DNA of 64,000 nucleotides from Candidatus Bathyarchaeia archaeon (GTDB taxonomy: Archaea > Thermoproteota > Bathyarchaeia > 40CM-2-53-6), in the NCBI GenBank assembly GCA_049513715.1, contig JBEKVV010000007.1, forward strand, positions 1 to 64,000, read 5' to 3'. Shown here piece after piece: positions 38,948-48,859 of the stretch. Below the pieces are notes generated by a model, which made no database searches, was not told the origin of the DNA, and saw only the letters and a list, made by a program, of their open reading frames with translations. Numbering within the stretch: the stretch's first letter is position 1; every line of letters begins with the position of its first letter. The position numbers and the translations under genes were made by a program.

Positions 38948-40375
38948 TTACGCAACGCCATCAAAACCCAAAACACTCCACAATAACCCGCCCATCCCCC
39001 TTTTCAAAGAGGAACTTGCGCGAGGATTTGGCGATTTGGCGAATATGGGGCACAAAACTGCCCCACTGCCCCCCACCCCCCACCTAACAATAATAGAAAG
39101 ACAAACAAGCACGCGCGCGCCCGCAAAAATCACACCACCCCCCCTATGGGGGGGTAGAACACCAAGCACCCCAGCCATGCTGCGAAACCGACTCTCCGCA
39201 TCGGCCTTCGCACCTTCATCCACCCATAATCCACGTTTGGCTAAACCCGACAGTGCCTTACTCAAGTTCACAAGCACGGTTAGGGCTCTGGGGGTATCAA
39301 AATCATCATCCATACAGCCCCGAAAATCCGACTCCGCTCTATGAACCAGAGCCGCAAGCTTCGCATTACCTTTGACTCCGGGGTTGAGTTTGGTTGTGGT
39401 GAAAACCTCGAAAGCCTTCGCCAGCGAGTTCGCCTTTCCTTTGGCCTTGTTGAGCCTAGCCGCCGAAACAACCACTGGCTCTCGGTAGTGGGCTGAGGCG
39501 AAATAGTACCTCAACTCATACGCCCTGTAGTCCTTCAAAGCGTCCCGAATTCGGATCATGTTTCCTAAGGATTTGCTCATCTTCTTCCCGTTAACACTCA
39601 GCAGGCCTGTGTGCAACCAAAGCCGAACAAACGGCGCCTTACCCGTCAACGCCTCCGCCTGAGCAATCTCAGCCTCATGGTGCGGAAACATCAGTTCAGA
39701 GGCGCCGCCGTGAATATCGTACGTGTCGCCGAACTTGGCCATGGATATGGCTGTGTCTTCCACATGCCACCCCGGTCGGCCGAACCCCCACGGGGAATCA
39801 TAGCCCCAACCACCCTCAAGCTTCCTCCACACCGAGAAATCCTCAGGGTGACGCTTAGACGAGCACAACTCAAGACGCTTCAACCCCAGGTCCTCTCGGC
39901 TCTGCTGGGACAGTTCACCAAACTTGGGAAACTTGCTAACCTCAAAGTAGACACCGGTATCCGTTTCGTAAGCGACTCCCCTGCCGACGAGGCCAGCAAC
40001 TTGCGCTTGAATCTCCGGCATGTGGTCAGACGCCCTCTCAAGGTCGTCAATGTTCCTTATTCCGAGATTTCTGATATCTTCCAGAAAGGCCACCTCGAAC
40101 TCGTGCGCGAGCTCCAAGGGTTCCCTGTGCAGTTGCCTCGCCCGCTGCGCAACCTTCTCGGCCACGTCGGTGATATTCATCAGGTAGTTGACTTTGAACC
40201 CTGAATACTCCAAATACCGAACAATCATGTCGAAGGCAAGATACGTGCGGGCGTGGCCTAAGTGAACGTAATCGTAAACCGTGGGCCCACAAACGAACAT
40301 TTTCAGCGTGCTGCCGGCGAGCATGGGAAAAACCTCCTTTCGCCGTGAAAGCGAATTGTAAACCTGTAAGGTCAG
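38948..40375 (-). CDS. cysS: Cysteine--tRNA ligase
   Basis: CGPTVYD..HLGH, GRPGWH, DIHGG, FPHHE, KMSKS. The conserved N-terminus (LQVYNSLSRRKE) extends to CTG at 40375; the C-terminal ~65 aa are atypical. Confidence 0.92.
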   Translation of the reverse strand: MTLQVYNSLSRRKEVFPMLAGSTLKMFVCGPTVYDYVHLGHARTYLAFDMIVRYLEYSGFKVNYLMNITDVAEKVAQRARQLHREPLELAHEFEVAFLEDIRNLGIRNIDDLERASDHMPEIQAQVAGLVGRGVAYETDTGVYFEVSKFPKFGELSQQSREDLGLKRLELCSSKRHPEDFSVWRKLEGGWGYDSPWGFGRPGWHVEDTAISMAKFGDTYDIHGGASELMFPHHEAEIAQAEALTGKAPFVRLWLHTGLLSVNGKKMSKSLGNMIRIRDALKDYRAYELRYYFASAHYREPVVVSAARLNKAKGKANSLAKAFEVFTTTKLNPGVKGNAKLAALVHRAESDFRGCMDDDFDTPRALTVLVNLSKALSGLAKRGLWVDEGAKADAESRFRSMAGVLGVLPPHRGGGVIFAGARVLVCLSIIVRWGVGGSGAVLCPIFAKSPNPRASSSLKRGMGGLLWSVLGFDGVA

Positions 40376-40604
40376 TTCCCGATCCCTCCCCTCAAGTTGT
40401 TTGGCAACCTCGCTACTCAGGTCTATATACCCCTAGGTTTCCAGAGGAAATAACAAATCGCCAGCGCATGCTCCCTCGTCCACTGGCATCGCGAGATCTC
40501 AGAACCCCTTCTCTCAATCGGTACAGTAACAGGGCACCAGCTATCCCTATGCCCCAAACCTAACCATGTGGGGCGAAACCGGCTCAAGTCAGTGGCTTTG
40601 TCGC

Positions 40605-40838
40605 TTAGGTGGTCGGTTTCTTTCTGCCTTGGACGATATAGTAATTCTCGTCCACGTCTATCTCAAGGTCCGGCACAAACGACAGGATAAATTCGATCAA
40701 TTCATCCATGCTACGCTTATGTTTCTCCTTGAGCTGCAGGAAGCCCTGTAGGCTGACCAGGCGTTCGTACATGTCAGAGCTTATCTTAACGCTACGACTC
40801 AGCCGCCTCTTCTTGCTCTGCTCAAAAGGCCTCGACAC
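40605..40838 (-). CDS. Small putative DNA-binding (ribbon-helix-helix-like) protein
   Basis: RSVKISSDMYERL...SMDELIEFIL pattern. Confidence 0.55.
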   Translation of the reverse strand: MSRPFEQSKKRRLSRSVKISSDMYERLVSLQGFLQLKEKHKRSMDELIEFILSFVPDLEIDVDENYYIVQGRKKPTT

Positions 40839-40989
40839 TATTTCTCCCTAGTAGAAATGTGGTGTTAATTCCTATTATTATTATTTCTCCTCTTATTACT
40901 ACAGCTCCAATCCACCTTAAATACAAAGACGTACTGCATGTCTTCTGTAAGTTCAGTGTAGATTTTGAACCTTGGAGGTGAAATGAAAA

Positions 40990-41073
40990 ATGGCAAAGAA
41001 ACGCAAGGTTAAGATGCGAGTTAACGCAGACGCTCCAAGATCCGAGAAGGGCAGCAGCGAATACGTAGCATAA
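40990..41073 (+). CDS. Small basic peptide (27 aa)
   Basis: GGAGGTGA SD then MAKKRKVKMRVNADAPRSEKGSSEYVA*; followed by two hairpins. Confidence 0.45.
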   Translation: MAKKRKVKMRVNADAPRSEKGSSEYVA

Positions 41074-41101
41074 GCCCAACGAGGCTAATGCTGCTTGAAC
41101 G

Positions 41102-41119
41102 AGGTTCCTTCGGGAACCT
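41102..41119 (+). terminator. Stable UUCG-tetraloop hairpin
   Basis: AGGTTCC-TTCG-GGAACCT with a CCCTTTTTCT tract downstream. Confidence 0.5.
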
Positions 41120-41246
41120 TCCCGATTTACCCTTTTTCTGGTAAGTTCCTAATTCCTCTGGCGATCGAGGCCACATCTTCCATATGGATAATGTCTTAAA
41201 CTAAATCACACATACGTAGCCGAACTCCCAGTAGTGTGCTCAACTC

Positions 41247-42017
41247 ATGATTGAGTTAATCGAAGGGCGCATAGCACAGCTCATACTCCTCATCATCGTG
41301 CTAGCCGCTATCTATGAGGTAACACGCATCGCCCGCGGACGAAAAATGAAGACACGGGGCATCCCAGGCCTGGAAAGGCTAGATGGGTGGATTAAGCAGG
41401 CAGGGACCCTAGATCGAAGTGTATTCTTCACTCCTGGGACTGGTGCAGTCACGTACCCGGACACGCTTGCCGCATTGGCGTTGCTTGAATATGTGGCAGA
41501 ACGTTGTGTCGAGCAGAACGTCAAATTAATCGTCGGTAACGCGGATTTGAACGTGCAACAAGTCGCAGAGGACATTGTAAAGACGGCGTACACCAAAGCA
41601 GGCAAAGCAAAGGAATACAATCCGGACATAGTCCGCTTTATCTCCGGAAGGCAATTCGCTTTTGCAGCGGGCGTAATGGGCATTCTGCGTCGTGAGAAAC
41701 CTGCCGTTAACATATTCGTTGGGGATTTTTCAGCAGAAGCATTGGCAATCGCTGAAGCGGGCCGATCCGATGCGATTGCGCAGTTCGGTGGCACAACGAA
41801 CGTGGACCAACTACCCTTCTTCATGGCCACCTGCGACCTGACGCTCATAGGTGAGGAGCTATTCACTGCACAGGGTTACTTGAAAAATGACCCGGATACC
41901 ATTTCGACATATGTTGGGCCCGATGCAGGAAAAATCATAGCGATTCTATTGATCCTCGTCGGGGCCATCCTCGTTACGTTCGGCAACCAAATTCTGGTTA
42001 GCCTACTGGACCTGTGA
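41247..42017 (+). CDS. DUF6754-like membrane protein
   Basis: R.IPGL, QFAFAAG, FSAEAL.IAEAG, QLPFFMATCD..LIGEELF...YL. Confidence 0.7.
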   Translation: MIELIEGRIAQLILLIIVLAAIYEVTRIARGRKMKTRGIPGLERLDGWIKQAGTLDRSVFFTPGTGAVTYPDTLAALALLEYVAERCVEQNVKLIVGNADLNVQQVAEDIVKTAYTKAGKAKEYNPDIVRFISGRQFAFAAGVMGILRREKPAVNIFVGDFSAEALAIAEAGRSDAIAQFGGTTNVDQLPFFMATCDLTLIGEELFTAQGYLKNDPDTISTYVGPDAGKIIAILLILVGAILVTFGNQILVSLLDL

Positions 42018-42027
42018 GGTTTGAAAA

Positions 42028-42720
42028 ATGGCTACAACTAAACGCAAAATGACCCGAGAGGAGCTAATTCTTCAAGTCATAATTTTCTCGTTAGGGTTTT
42101 TCTTCGCTTTTGTCTACTACGTTAGGGTATCAGAACCCATAGACTTGCAGGCAGTCTCACAACAACTGTTCGCCTACCTGACCGCAATGCTTACCGCCGC
42201 TTTCGCAATCGGCATGATTAACCTCACCCGCGTTCACTGGATCAACATCAAGCGGAAGCGAGCGACCTGGAAATTCAGCGTCATACTCATTGCTTCATTG
42301 TACGGAATGGCCATAGTTAGCTTGATTTCGTCGCCGTTCGCATTGGATCCACAAGCCGCAGTTATACCTCAAGGCGTCATCAATTTGTTCAACCCAATCT
42401 TCGATTTCTTGTACTACAAAGTCCTTGTCACAATTAACTCCAGCATCTTCTCACTCCTAGCCTTCTTCATCGCATCAGCCGCCTACAGGGCATTCAAAGC
42501 CCGATCACTAGAGTCAACTATTCTTCTACTCGCAGGGCTCTTAGTGGTCATAGGGCAAGCACCTGTTGCGGACGTTGCTTGGCCAGGTTTCGCCACAATA
42601 CGGGACTGGATCCTAGCATACCCAAACACAGCAGGGCAAAGGGGAATCCTGATTGGTGCAGCACTCGGTATTCTCGCGTTCAGTGTTCGGCGCATGATTC
42701 GCTATCCGTGGGGAAGATGA
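42028..42720 (+). CDS. Hypothetical membrane protein (operon member 2)
   Basis: FSLLAFFIASAAYRAFKARS.E...P.TAGQRGILIG. Confidence 0.75.
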   Translation: MATTKRKMTREELILQVIIFSLGFFFAFVYYVRVSEPIDLQAVSQQLFAYLTAMLTAAFAIGMINLTRVHWINIKRKRATWKFSVILIASLYGMAIVSLISSPFALDPQAAVIPQGVINLFNPIFDFLYYKVLVTINSSIFSLLAFFIASAAYRAFKARSLESTILLLAGLLVVIGQAPVADVAWPGFATIRDWILAYPNTAGQRGILIGAALGILAFSVRRMIRYPWGR

Positions 42721-43566
42721 ATGAACAAATACAAAGTCGCTTCTGATCCTCGAATGATCTATGTTCTCTTGGCACTGGTGGTTACTGTGCCGATACTCAC
42801 CCATTCGGTACTGCCAGTTCCTATTAGTGACACAACGCGGGCGGTCTTCGATTACATTGACAAATTACCTGCCAACAGTTTAGTTGTTCTGAGCTTCGAT
42901 TACTCTACCAGCGTAGTTCCAGAACTTCATCCGCAAGCAATAGTCGTGACCCAACATGTGTTCTTACGACCGCTGAAGGTACTGTTTGTGGCACAGTACA
43001 CTGACGGTCCAGCCCTCGCAGACGCGGTGCTTGACGCGATTAACAAAGGCAACAAGACATATGGCGTCGACTACGCCACTCTAGGGTATATTCCGAATTC
43101 TGCAACAGTCATAGGAATGACGACAAACCTCCAACAGTACTTCCCCGTGGACACCCGCGGCACCTCCACGAACGACCTCCCTATCATTCGAGAGTTTCCA
43201 GCCGCAAAGATGACGTCCCTACTCGTCTCGTTCTCGGCAGGAGATCCCGGTTTATTGACGTACCTTCAGTATTGGGAAACCCCCTATGGTATTCCGACTG
43301 CCGCCGGCTCCCCGGCTACCCTCGCGCCTGGGTATGAGCCGTTCTATAATTCTCATCAGATCGTTGGCATACTCATCAGCATGCGGGCGGCGGCAGAATA
43401 CGAACTCCTACTCACCGCTGAATACCACACACCTATTGGATTAAGTGGAGCTACGTCAGCAATGGTCGCCCAATCAAGCTCTCAAATGCTCATTGTTGCT
43501 ATGGTCATTGTGGGAAACGTAGCCTATTTTGTCGGAACCCGACGCACCAAGGGGGCCCCCAAGTAA
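42721..43566 (+). CDS. Hypothetical membrane-anchored protein (operon member 3)
   Basis: LSFDY....PEL.P, YGVDY..LGY, AAEYE motifs; TM segments at both ends. Confidence 0.75.
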   Translation: MNKYKVASDPRMIYVLLALVVTVPILTHSVLPVPISDTTRAVFDYIDKLPANSLVVLSFDYSTSVVPELHPQAIVVTQHVFLRPLKVLFVAQYTDGPALADAVLDAINKGNKTYGVDYATLGYIPNSATVIGMTTNLQQYFPVDTRGTSTNDLPIIREFPAAKMTSLLVSFSAGDPGLLTYLQYWETPYGIPTAAGSPATLAPGYEPFYNSHQIVGILISMRAAAEYELLLTAEYHTPIGLSGATSAMVAQSSSQMLIVAMVIVGNVAYFVGTRRTKGAPK

Positions 43567-44319
43567 ATGGTTAACATTTTCAACGTCATCGGGGTCTGGG
43601 TCGCAGTCTTCCTCACACTGATGGTCCTGAGCTTCCTTTACAAGGAGAATCCGTTCTTCCGCTTAACGGAGTACATTTTCATCGGATTAAGCAGCGGGTA
43701 TGCTTTCGCAGCTTCTATCAGGTTATTCATCAACCAAGCTTTGAACCCCATTTTCGTTAATGGCAGCTTCGATTTCATTATCCCAGTTATACTGGGCGCA
43801 CTGTGGTATACGCAGTTCAGCAAGAAGTACTCGTCCCTCTACCGCCTTCCCCTAAGCCTCGCCATTGGATACGGGCTGGGAATTACAATCTGGAGCATCA
43901 TGCAAACCTACTTCGTGCGACAAATCAGCGCAACCATGATCCCAATTTTCACCGGCGACATCGTTGGAACCATTGATGCCCTCGTCCTGGTTCTGGGAAC
44001 AATCCTCTCATTGTCATATTTCATTCTACACAGAGAACAGACGGGCGCGTGGGGTGGCGCCACGAAAATTGGAAAATACTTCGTTCTCGCGACACTTGGA
44101 GCTGTTTTCGGAAGCACTGTGCTCGGCCGCATGGCGCTTATCATACAACGCGTCCAATTTCTAGCCGGCGACCCGGCGTTTCCCTGGCCTGCCTTGAGAA
44201 TGGGAACGGCGCAGGATGGTAGTCTGGCTCCTGTTGCAATCGTCTTCTTTCTGATAGCTTTCGGTGTCTACCTATATCGGGAGCGCGGGAAACCACCCAA
44301 CAACGTCAAGAAAACATGA
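43567..44319 (+). CDS. Hypothetical polytopic membrane protein (operon member 4)
   Basis: SFLYKENPFFR..EYIFIG...LG..FG.TV.GR. Confidence 0.75.
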   Translation: MVNIFNVIGVWVAVFLTLMVLSFLYKENPFFRLTEYIFIGLSSGYAFAASIRLFINQALNPIFVNGSFDFIIPVILGALWYTQFSKKYSSLYRLPLSLAIGYGLGITIWSIMQTYFVRQISATMIPIFTGDIVGTIDALVLVLGTILSLSYFILHREQTGAWGGATKIGKYFVLATLGAVFGSTVLGRMALIIQRVQFLAGDPAFPWPALRMGTAQDGSLAPVAIVFFLIAFGVYLYRERGKPPNNVKKT

Positions 44320-44320
44320 A

Positions 44321-44599
44321 TTACAGTTTGCCTTTCGAAAGCTCCTCTATCCGCTCAATGATCCTGCCCACGTTCTCTTTCTTCATGAACAATCCCGTGT
44401 ACTTGGGTCCCTCTAGTTCGAATAACCACTGAAGCGGTCCCAAGGCGAGGATCGCGAACTGGGACGCAATGAAAGAGAATGGCCGCGTGGCTTCAAGGAA
44501 CATGATTGCGGGGGCTTCAAGCCCCTTATCTACAACGAGCCTTGCAATGTTGTTTATCAGTTTCCTTTCTTCTTCATCGGTCAAATCAAATTCCGACAA
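44321..44599 (-). CDS. Conserved small hypothetical protein
   Basis: GLEAPAIMFLE..RP.SFIASQ...ENV...IE.IE. Confidence 0.7.
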   Translation of the reverse strand: MSEFDLTDEEERKLINNIARLVVDKGLEAPAIMFLEATRPFSFIASQFAILALGPLQWLFELEGPKYTGLFMKKENVGRIIERIEELSKGKL

Positions 44600-44619
44600 C
44601 TTGCCAGAATCTTCCCGCC

Positions 44620-45381
44620 TTACACTGAGCGGAAGACGGTTTCTTCCGGGTAAACTTCGATGCCTTCAGACGTTATCCGGTACGGGCAGAGCCTATCAGT
44701 GTGTTTAGCGCCTCGCATCTTCCTGACTTCAAGTGCCTTAACATTCGACTCTTCTACACGGTACATATGCAGGACAATGACCCCTTGGGCAAGGAAAGCC
44801 TCGGCACCGAACCTAGTCACGTCCTGTCTATCCTCCGAGTTCTCCGCCAACATGAAAGTCGTGAGGTCCATCTCAGTGAGCTCTTTAATTAGGCGCAGCG
44901 TTTGCTGGCGAATATCAAAATCTTCTTTGTATTGCAAGGTAAGCGCTGAAATCGAATCTATTACACAACGCTTCGCGCCGATCTTCTTCTTTACTTCCGC
45001 GATCGCGTTGACAACGTTGTCGATGTTGAATTTGGCTGCACCAAGGAAACTTTGCTGAAGCGCGGTTGGAACGAACGTCCCCGTCCTCTCCCGCTTAATG
45101 GGGGAGACGTCAACAAATCCGAACTTTCCTGTCTTTTCCTCTTCGGAAATGTTCCAACCGTACCTCTGAGCGTTGCTCGCGATGGAATAGGGTGGTTCGT
45201 CAAAAGTAACGTACATTCCGTTCTCCCCAAACTCAGTCGCGCCCTTGTAGAGGTATTGAACACCGAAAGTTGTCTTACCAGTGCCAGGGCCGCCAAGTAG
45301 CAGGAAACTATAACCTCTGGGCAAACCGCCTTCAATCAGTTCATCCAACCCCTTGATCCCAGTCTTAACTCGCTCATCCAA
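44620..45381 (-). CDS. KaiC/RAD55-family ATPase
   Basis: TGIKGLDELIEGG.P, GGPGTGKT, VIDSIS, KMRG. Confidence 0.9.
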   Translation of the reverse strand: MDERVKTGIKGLDELIEGGLPRGYSFLLLGGPGTGKTTFGVQYLYKGATEFGENGMYVTFDEPPYSIASNAQRYGWNISEEEKTGKFGFVDVSPIKRERTGTFVPTALQQSFLGAAKFNIDNVVNAIAEVKKKIGAKRCVIDSISALTLQYKEDFDIRQQTLRLIKELTEMDLTTFMLAENSEDRQDVTRFGAEAFLAQGVIVLHMYRVEESNVKALEVRKMRGAKHTDRLCPYRITSEGIEVYPEETVFRSV

Positions 45382-45490
45382 AGCTAGAACCAGACCTCCG
45401 TGCCCAGAATGGACGGCCAACTCGATAATAAGCACTATCAATAACTTCGTGGACTCAATCTACCAAAGTTCAAGCAGAAGGGTTACGCTG

Positions 45491-46984
45491 ATGGAAAACC
45501 TGCGACGTTTCATCCAAAACCTTGCGTCCGCAGGATATCAGCTCGACCGCTCAGCTTTTGACTACATCAAGACCCTAGACGATCCCCAAGCCGACAAATT
45601 CGAGAAAACCCTACTTTCTAGAATCGGCGAAGAACCCAAGGCCAGCCGCATACTGACAAAAGAGAACTTAGTGGAATTCACCGCGCCAAGTCCCTTCGGT
45701 TCATCTCAAGTCTTAGCATCAGTCGCGCCCACAATACCAGCCAAACAAATCTCCCCTCGGCTTGAAATCCTCAAAGACCCATCGAAGCAAATCGGAACAG
45801 GCAGCGGCATCGAAGACTTCTCGCATTACTTCCGCGACAGATTTCACAAACTATCCTCAAGATTCCGCGAGCGCCCGGACTCACGTGACGCGGGCAGCAT
45901 CGCAATGGCAATGAAGGCCGCACAAAACGAAAGAGTCAAAATCCTTGCCATGGTCATGGAAAAACGCGAACGCCAACGCAGAATATTCCTGCAGGTCGAC
46001 GATTTGGAAGACAGCACAACCGTACTTGTTTCTCCCGAAGAGCGCAGTGCCTATGAAGTGGCACAAAAGACCCCCCTAGATCAGGTGGTCTGCATTTCCG
46101 GCGTCCGCGCAAAGGGTGACCTTATTGTCGCCAAGGAGATCCTGCTTCCCGACATCCCCGACCATAAGCCACACTTGGCTGACGAGGAAGTGTGGGCAGT
46201 CCTCCTGTCGGACCTGCATATTGGGAGCAAGAAGTTTCTAGGTGACGCCTTGAGCCGGGTTCTCGACTGGTTGAACATGAAAACCGGCGCACCAGATCAA
46301 AGGGCTATGGCTGAACGCACGAAATACGTTACGATCTGCGGCGATATAGTCGACGGTATCGGAATCTATCCTCGCCAAGAACACGAGCTGGAGATCATAG
46401 ACCTCTACGAACAGTACAAGGAAGCGGCGAAATATATCGGAAAGATTCCAGACCACATTGAAACCATAATATTGCCAGGTAACCACGACCCAGTTAGGCA
46501 GGCGCTCCCACAACCAGCCATACCGAAAGACTTCGGAGAGCCCTTGTACGAAAGCCGGGCGTTAATCTCCCTCGGTAACCCCTGCGAGGTCGCTCTCCAT
46601 GATGTCAAGCTACTTCTACACCATGGCAGAAGCCTAGACGACGTAATCACGAGTGTCCCAAACGTCGATTTCACGCAACCTGAAAAGGCGATGAGGCTTC
46701 AACTACAGTGCCGGCACCTTGCCTCAGAGTATGGCAACAGAACCTCAATTTCGCCAGAAAAAGTTGACCACCTCGTCATAGAGGACGTCCCAGACATATT
46801 CCAATCCGGCCACATTCATGTGGTCAAGTTCGAGAACTACCGGGGCACGCAAATTGTGAATTCCGGCGCTTGGCAAGCCCAGACCGACTACCAAAAACGA
46901 GTGGGGCTTGTGCCCACGCCTGGGATCCTAACTGCAGTTAATCTGAGCACCCTCGAGGTCCGTCCCATCAAGTTTCTAGATTAA
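45491..46984 (+). CDS. polB: DNA polymerase D small subunit DP1
   Basis: OB fold plus phosphoesterase motifs SDLHIGS, GDIVDG, PGNHD, HHGRS, GHIH. Confidence 0.93.
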   Translation: MENLRRFIQNLASAGYQLDRSAFDYIKTLDDPQADKFEKTLLSRIGEEPKASRILTKENLVEFTAPSPFGSSQVLASVAPTIPAKQISPRLEILKDPSKQIGTGSGIEDFSHYFRDRFHKLSSRFRERPDSRDAGSIAMAMKAAQNERVKILAMVMEKRERQRRIFLQVDDLEDSTTVLVSPEERSAYEVAQKTPLDQVVCISGVRAKGDLIVAKEILLPDIPDHKPHLADEEVWAVLLSDLHIGSKKFLGDALSRVLDWLNMKTGAPDQRAMAERTKYVTICGDIVDGIGIYPRQEHELEIIDLYEQYKEAAKYIGKIPDHIETIILPGNHDPVRQALPQPAIPKDFGEPLYESRALISLGNPCEVALHDVKLLLHHGRSLDDVITSVPNVDFTQPEKAMRLQLQCRHLASEYGNRTSISPEKVDHLVIEDVPDIFQSGHIHVVKFENYRGTQIVNSGAWQAQTDYQKRVGLVPTPGILTAVNLSTLEVRPIKFLD

Positions 46985-47538
46985 TCAAGGCAGCTCAATG
47001 TCCGAGCGAGGATTCTTGCTACCCTGATTGGCTCGGGTAGGCGTGAGATTGTGGCTGTGGAGCGAATTATGCTCCTCGCATGGGCAGGAGATGCTCCCTT
47101 CACCTCGAAGAAGAGTTTTGGTTCGTTTCGCAGGGGTTTACATGAGTAAAGTGGCCCTGCGTTTTGCACGGCTTCCCAGCGTTCCTTCCAATCCTTGAAG
47201 TGCTTACGTAGTGCCCTGTAGACTGCCGCATTGTGTGGTTTTTCACCACTTACCGCGATAACAGGCCTCTTCGTGACCCGCGCAAGTTTGGCAATGTCCA
47301 CAACGTTGAACCCCCCAAACGAAACTCCTGACAACATGGCAACATTATGTGGCACAGTCTTCAAGAGCGCCACCATCTTAGCATTGGAATCTCGACCGTC
47401 AACTTCTATGCGACTCGTTTTAACACTCTGTACGCGTAGGCCTTGGAATAGAACGGCCACTAGAAGCGTATGTTGTATCGTTTGTTTGTTCGGACGGAAG
47501 GCGCCATCGTCGACTCCGACAATGCGCAAGTCATGCAT
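46981..47538 (-). CDS. DUF99 family (endonuclease V-like) protein
   Basis: VGVDDGAF, EVDG.D, GVSFGGFNVVD, PEPIRVA. Confidence 0.88.
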   Translation of the reverse strand: MHDLRIVGVDDGAFRPNKQTIQHTLLVAVLFQGLRVQSVKTSRIEVDGRDSNAKMVALLKTVPHNVAMLSGVSFGGFNVVDIAKLARVTKRPVIAVSGEKPHNAAVYRALRKHFKDWKERWEAVQNAGPLYSCKPLRNEPKLFFEVKGASPAHARSIIRSTATISRLPEPIRVARILARTLSCLD

Positions 47539-48784
47539 GGTGTTTCTGTAACGATTTCGGGACGTAACCAAACAATCTGCCAGCAAGATTATCCTCGGCG
47601 TATGTGTCGGCGATTACGCGAGGAGCGACCCCGATTCTGATCTTCTTGGTTCTCCCGTAACGGCCGAAACTCACGACCCGTGCGTTGAGTATGCCCATCA
47701 CGTCCAATTCGTTGATTAACCCACTAACCCTCCGTTGTGTTAACGGTTCCAAGTCACTCATTGAGCAGAGTTCATGGTAAACCTCGTAAACGTCTCCCGT
47801 TATCGCCCCGCCCGGGGCCGGCAAATGGTTGTTCAGGAGATATGCCCCAACAAGCAAGATCTTTGAGTGGGCAGGCAGAGATTTCAACACCTCCGAAACG
47901 CGGTCGTGCTCAATCTTTTGCTGCGCCAAGCGAACGTGCTGCTCTTGCACATGGGCACCCCCTTCTCGCTCCGCTAGTTCCCCAGCAACCCGCAGAAGAT
48001 CCAAGGCGCGCCTAGCGTCACCATGCTCGCCCGCTGCTAGGGCCGCACATAGCCTGACAGAGTTCTCCTCAACGCTTCCCTTCAAGAACGCAACACTAGC
48101 TCTCTCTTGAAGAATATCGAACAGTTCATCTGCGAGGTACGGGCGAAAGACAACCTCTTCCTCACTGAGCGAACTTAGAACCCGCGGATCCAAGAATTCT
48201 TTGAAGTGAAGGTCGTTAGATATTCCGACGACACTAATCCAGGACGAGTTGAGGTTCTCGTTTATCCTGGTCAGCTCGTATAGTAGAGAATCATCAGCAT
48301 TATGCTTTATGAGAGCATCAATCTCGTCCAAGGTAACCAACAGCGCTGTTCTATCTGCGTTGATTCCATTCGAAAAACGGTCCAACAGCTCCCCAACAGC
48401 AATCCCTGTAAATGGAACGTCGACGCCAATGGCTCGACAGATTTCTGCCAGAACGCGGTAGTTCGTTCCAGCCAAACGACAGTTAATGTAGGCAAGCTTC
48501 ACTGGTGCCCCTAGTTCATTCGCCTTCTTCTCCAGCTTGTCGAGAACGAACTTCGTGACGATCGTCTTTCCGGTCCCAGTCTTGCCGTAAACGAAAACGT
48601 TCGATATCTTAGATTGGTGAAGTGCTGGCGCAAGTATACCCGCAAGACGCTGAATATGCTCGTCTCTATGCGGCAGGTGCGGAGGCATGTAATCATGCCT
48701 AAGAACATCTCTTTCTGCGAAAATCCTCGCTGGCGAGAGATATTTGTCGAATATACTTTCTAGGGCGTCCGTTGTGGTTGTGAT
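47531..48784 (-). CDS. cdc6: Orc1/Cdc6 replication initiator
   Basis: GKTGTGKT, LDEID, GDARRALDLL and winged helix with GRYGRT. The conserved N-terminus IF.ERDVL..DY extends to an ATC at 48784. Confidence 0.95.
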   Translation of the reverse strand: MTTTTDALESIFDKYLSPARIFAERDVLRHDYMPPHLPHRDEHIQRLAGILAPALHQSKISNVFVYGKTGTGKTIVTKFVLDKLEKKANELGAPVKLAYINCRLAGTNYRVLAEICRAIGVDVPFTGIAVGELLDRFSNGINADRTALLVTLDEIDALIKHNADDSLLYELTRINENLNSSWISVVGISNDLHFKEFLDPRVLSSLSEEEVVFRPYLADELFDILQERASVAFLKGSVEENSVRLCAALAAGEHGDARRALDLLRVAGELAEREGGAHVQEQHVRLAQQKIEHDRVSEVLKSLPAHSKILLVGAYLLNNHLPAPGGAITGDVYEVYHELCSMSDLEPLTQRRVSGLINELDVMGILNARVVSFGRYGRTKKIRIGVAPRVIADTYAEDNLAGRLFGYVPKSLQKHHA

Positions 48785-48859
48785 TTAGTCCACCTCCAAT
48801 GGTAATGCCACCATTGCATGTTGAAACATTGCTAACCATTCTTGTACAAGAAAACCAAC

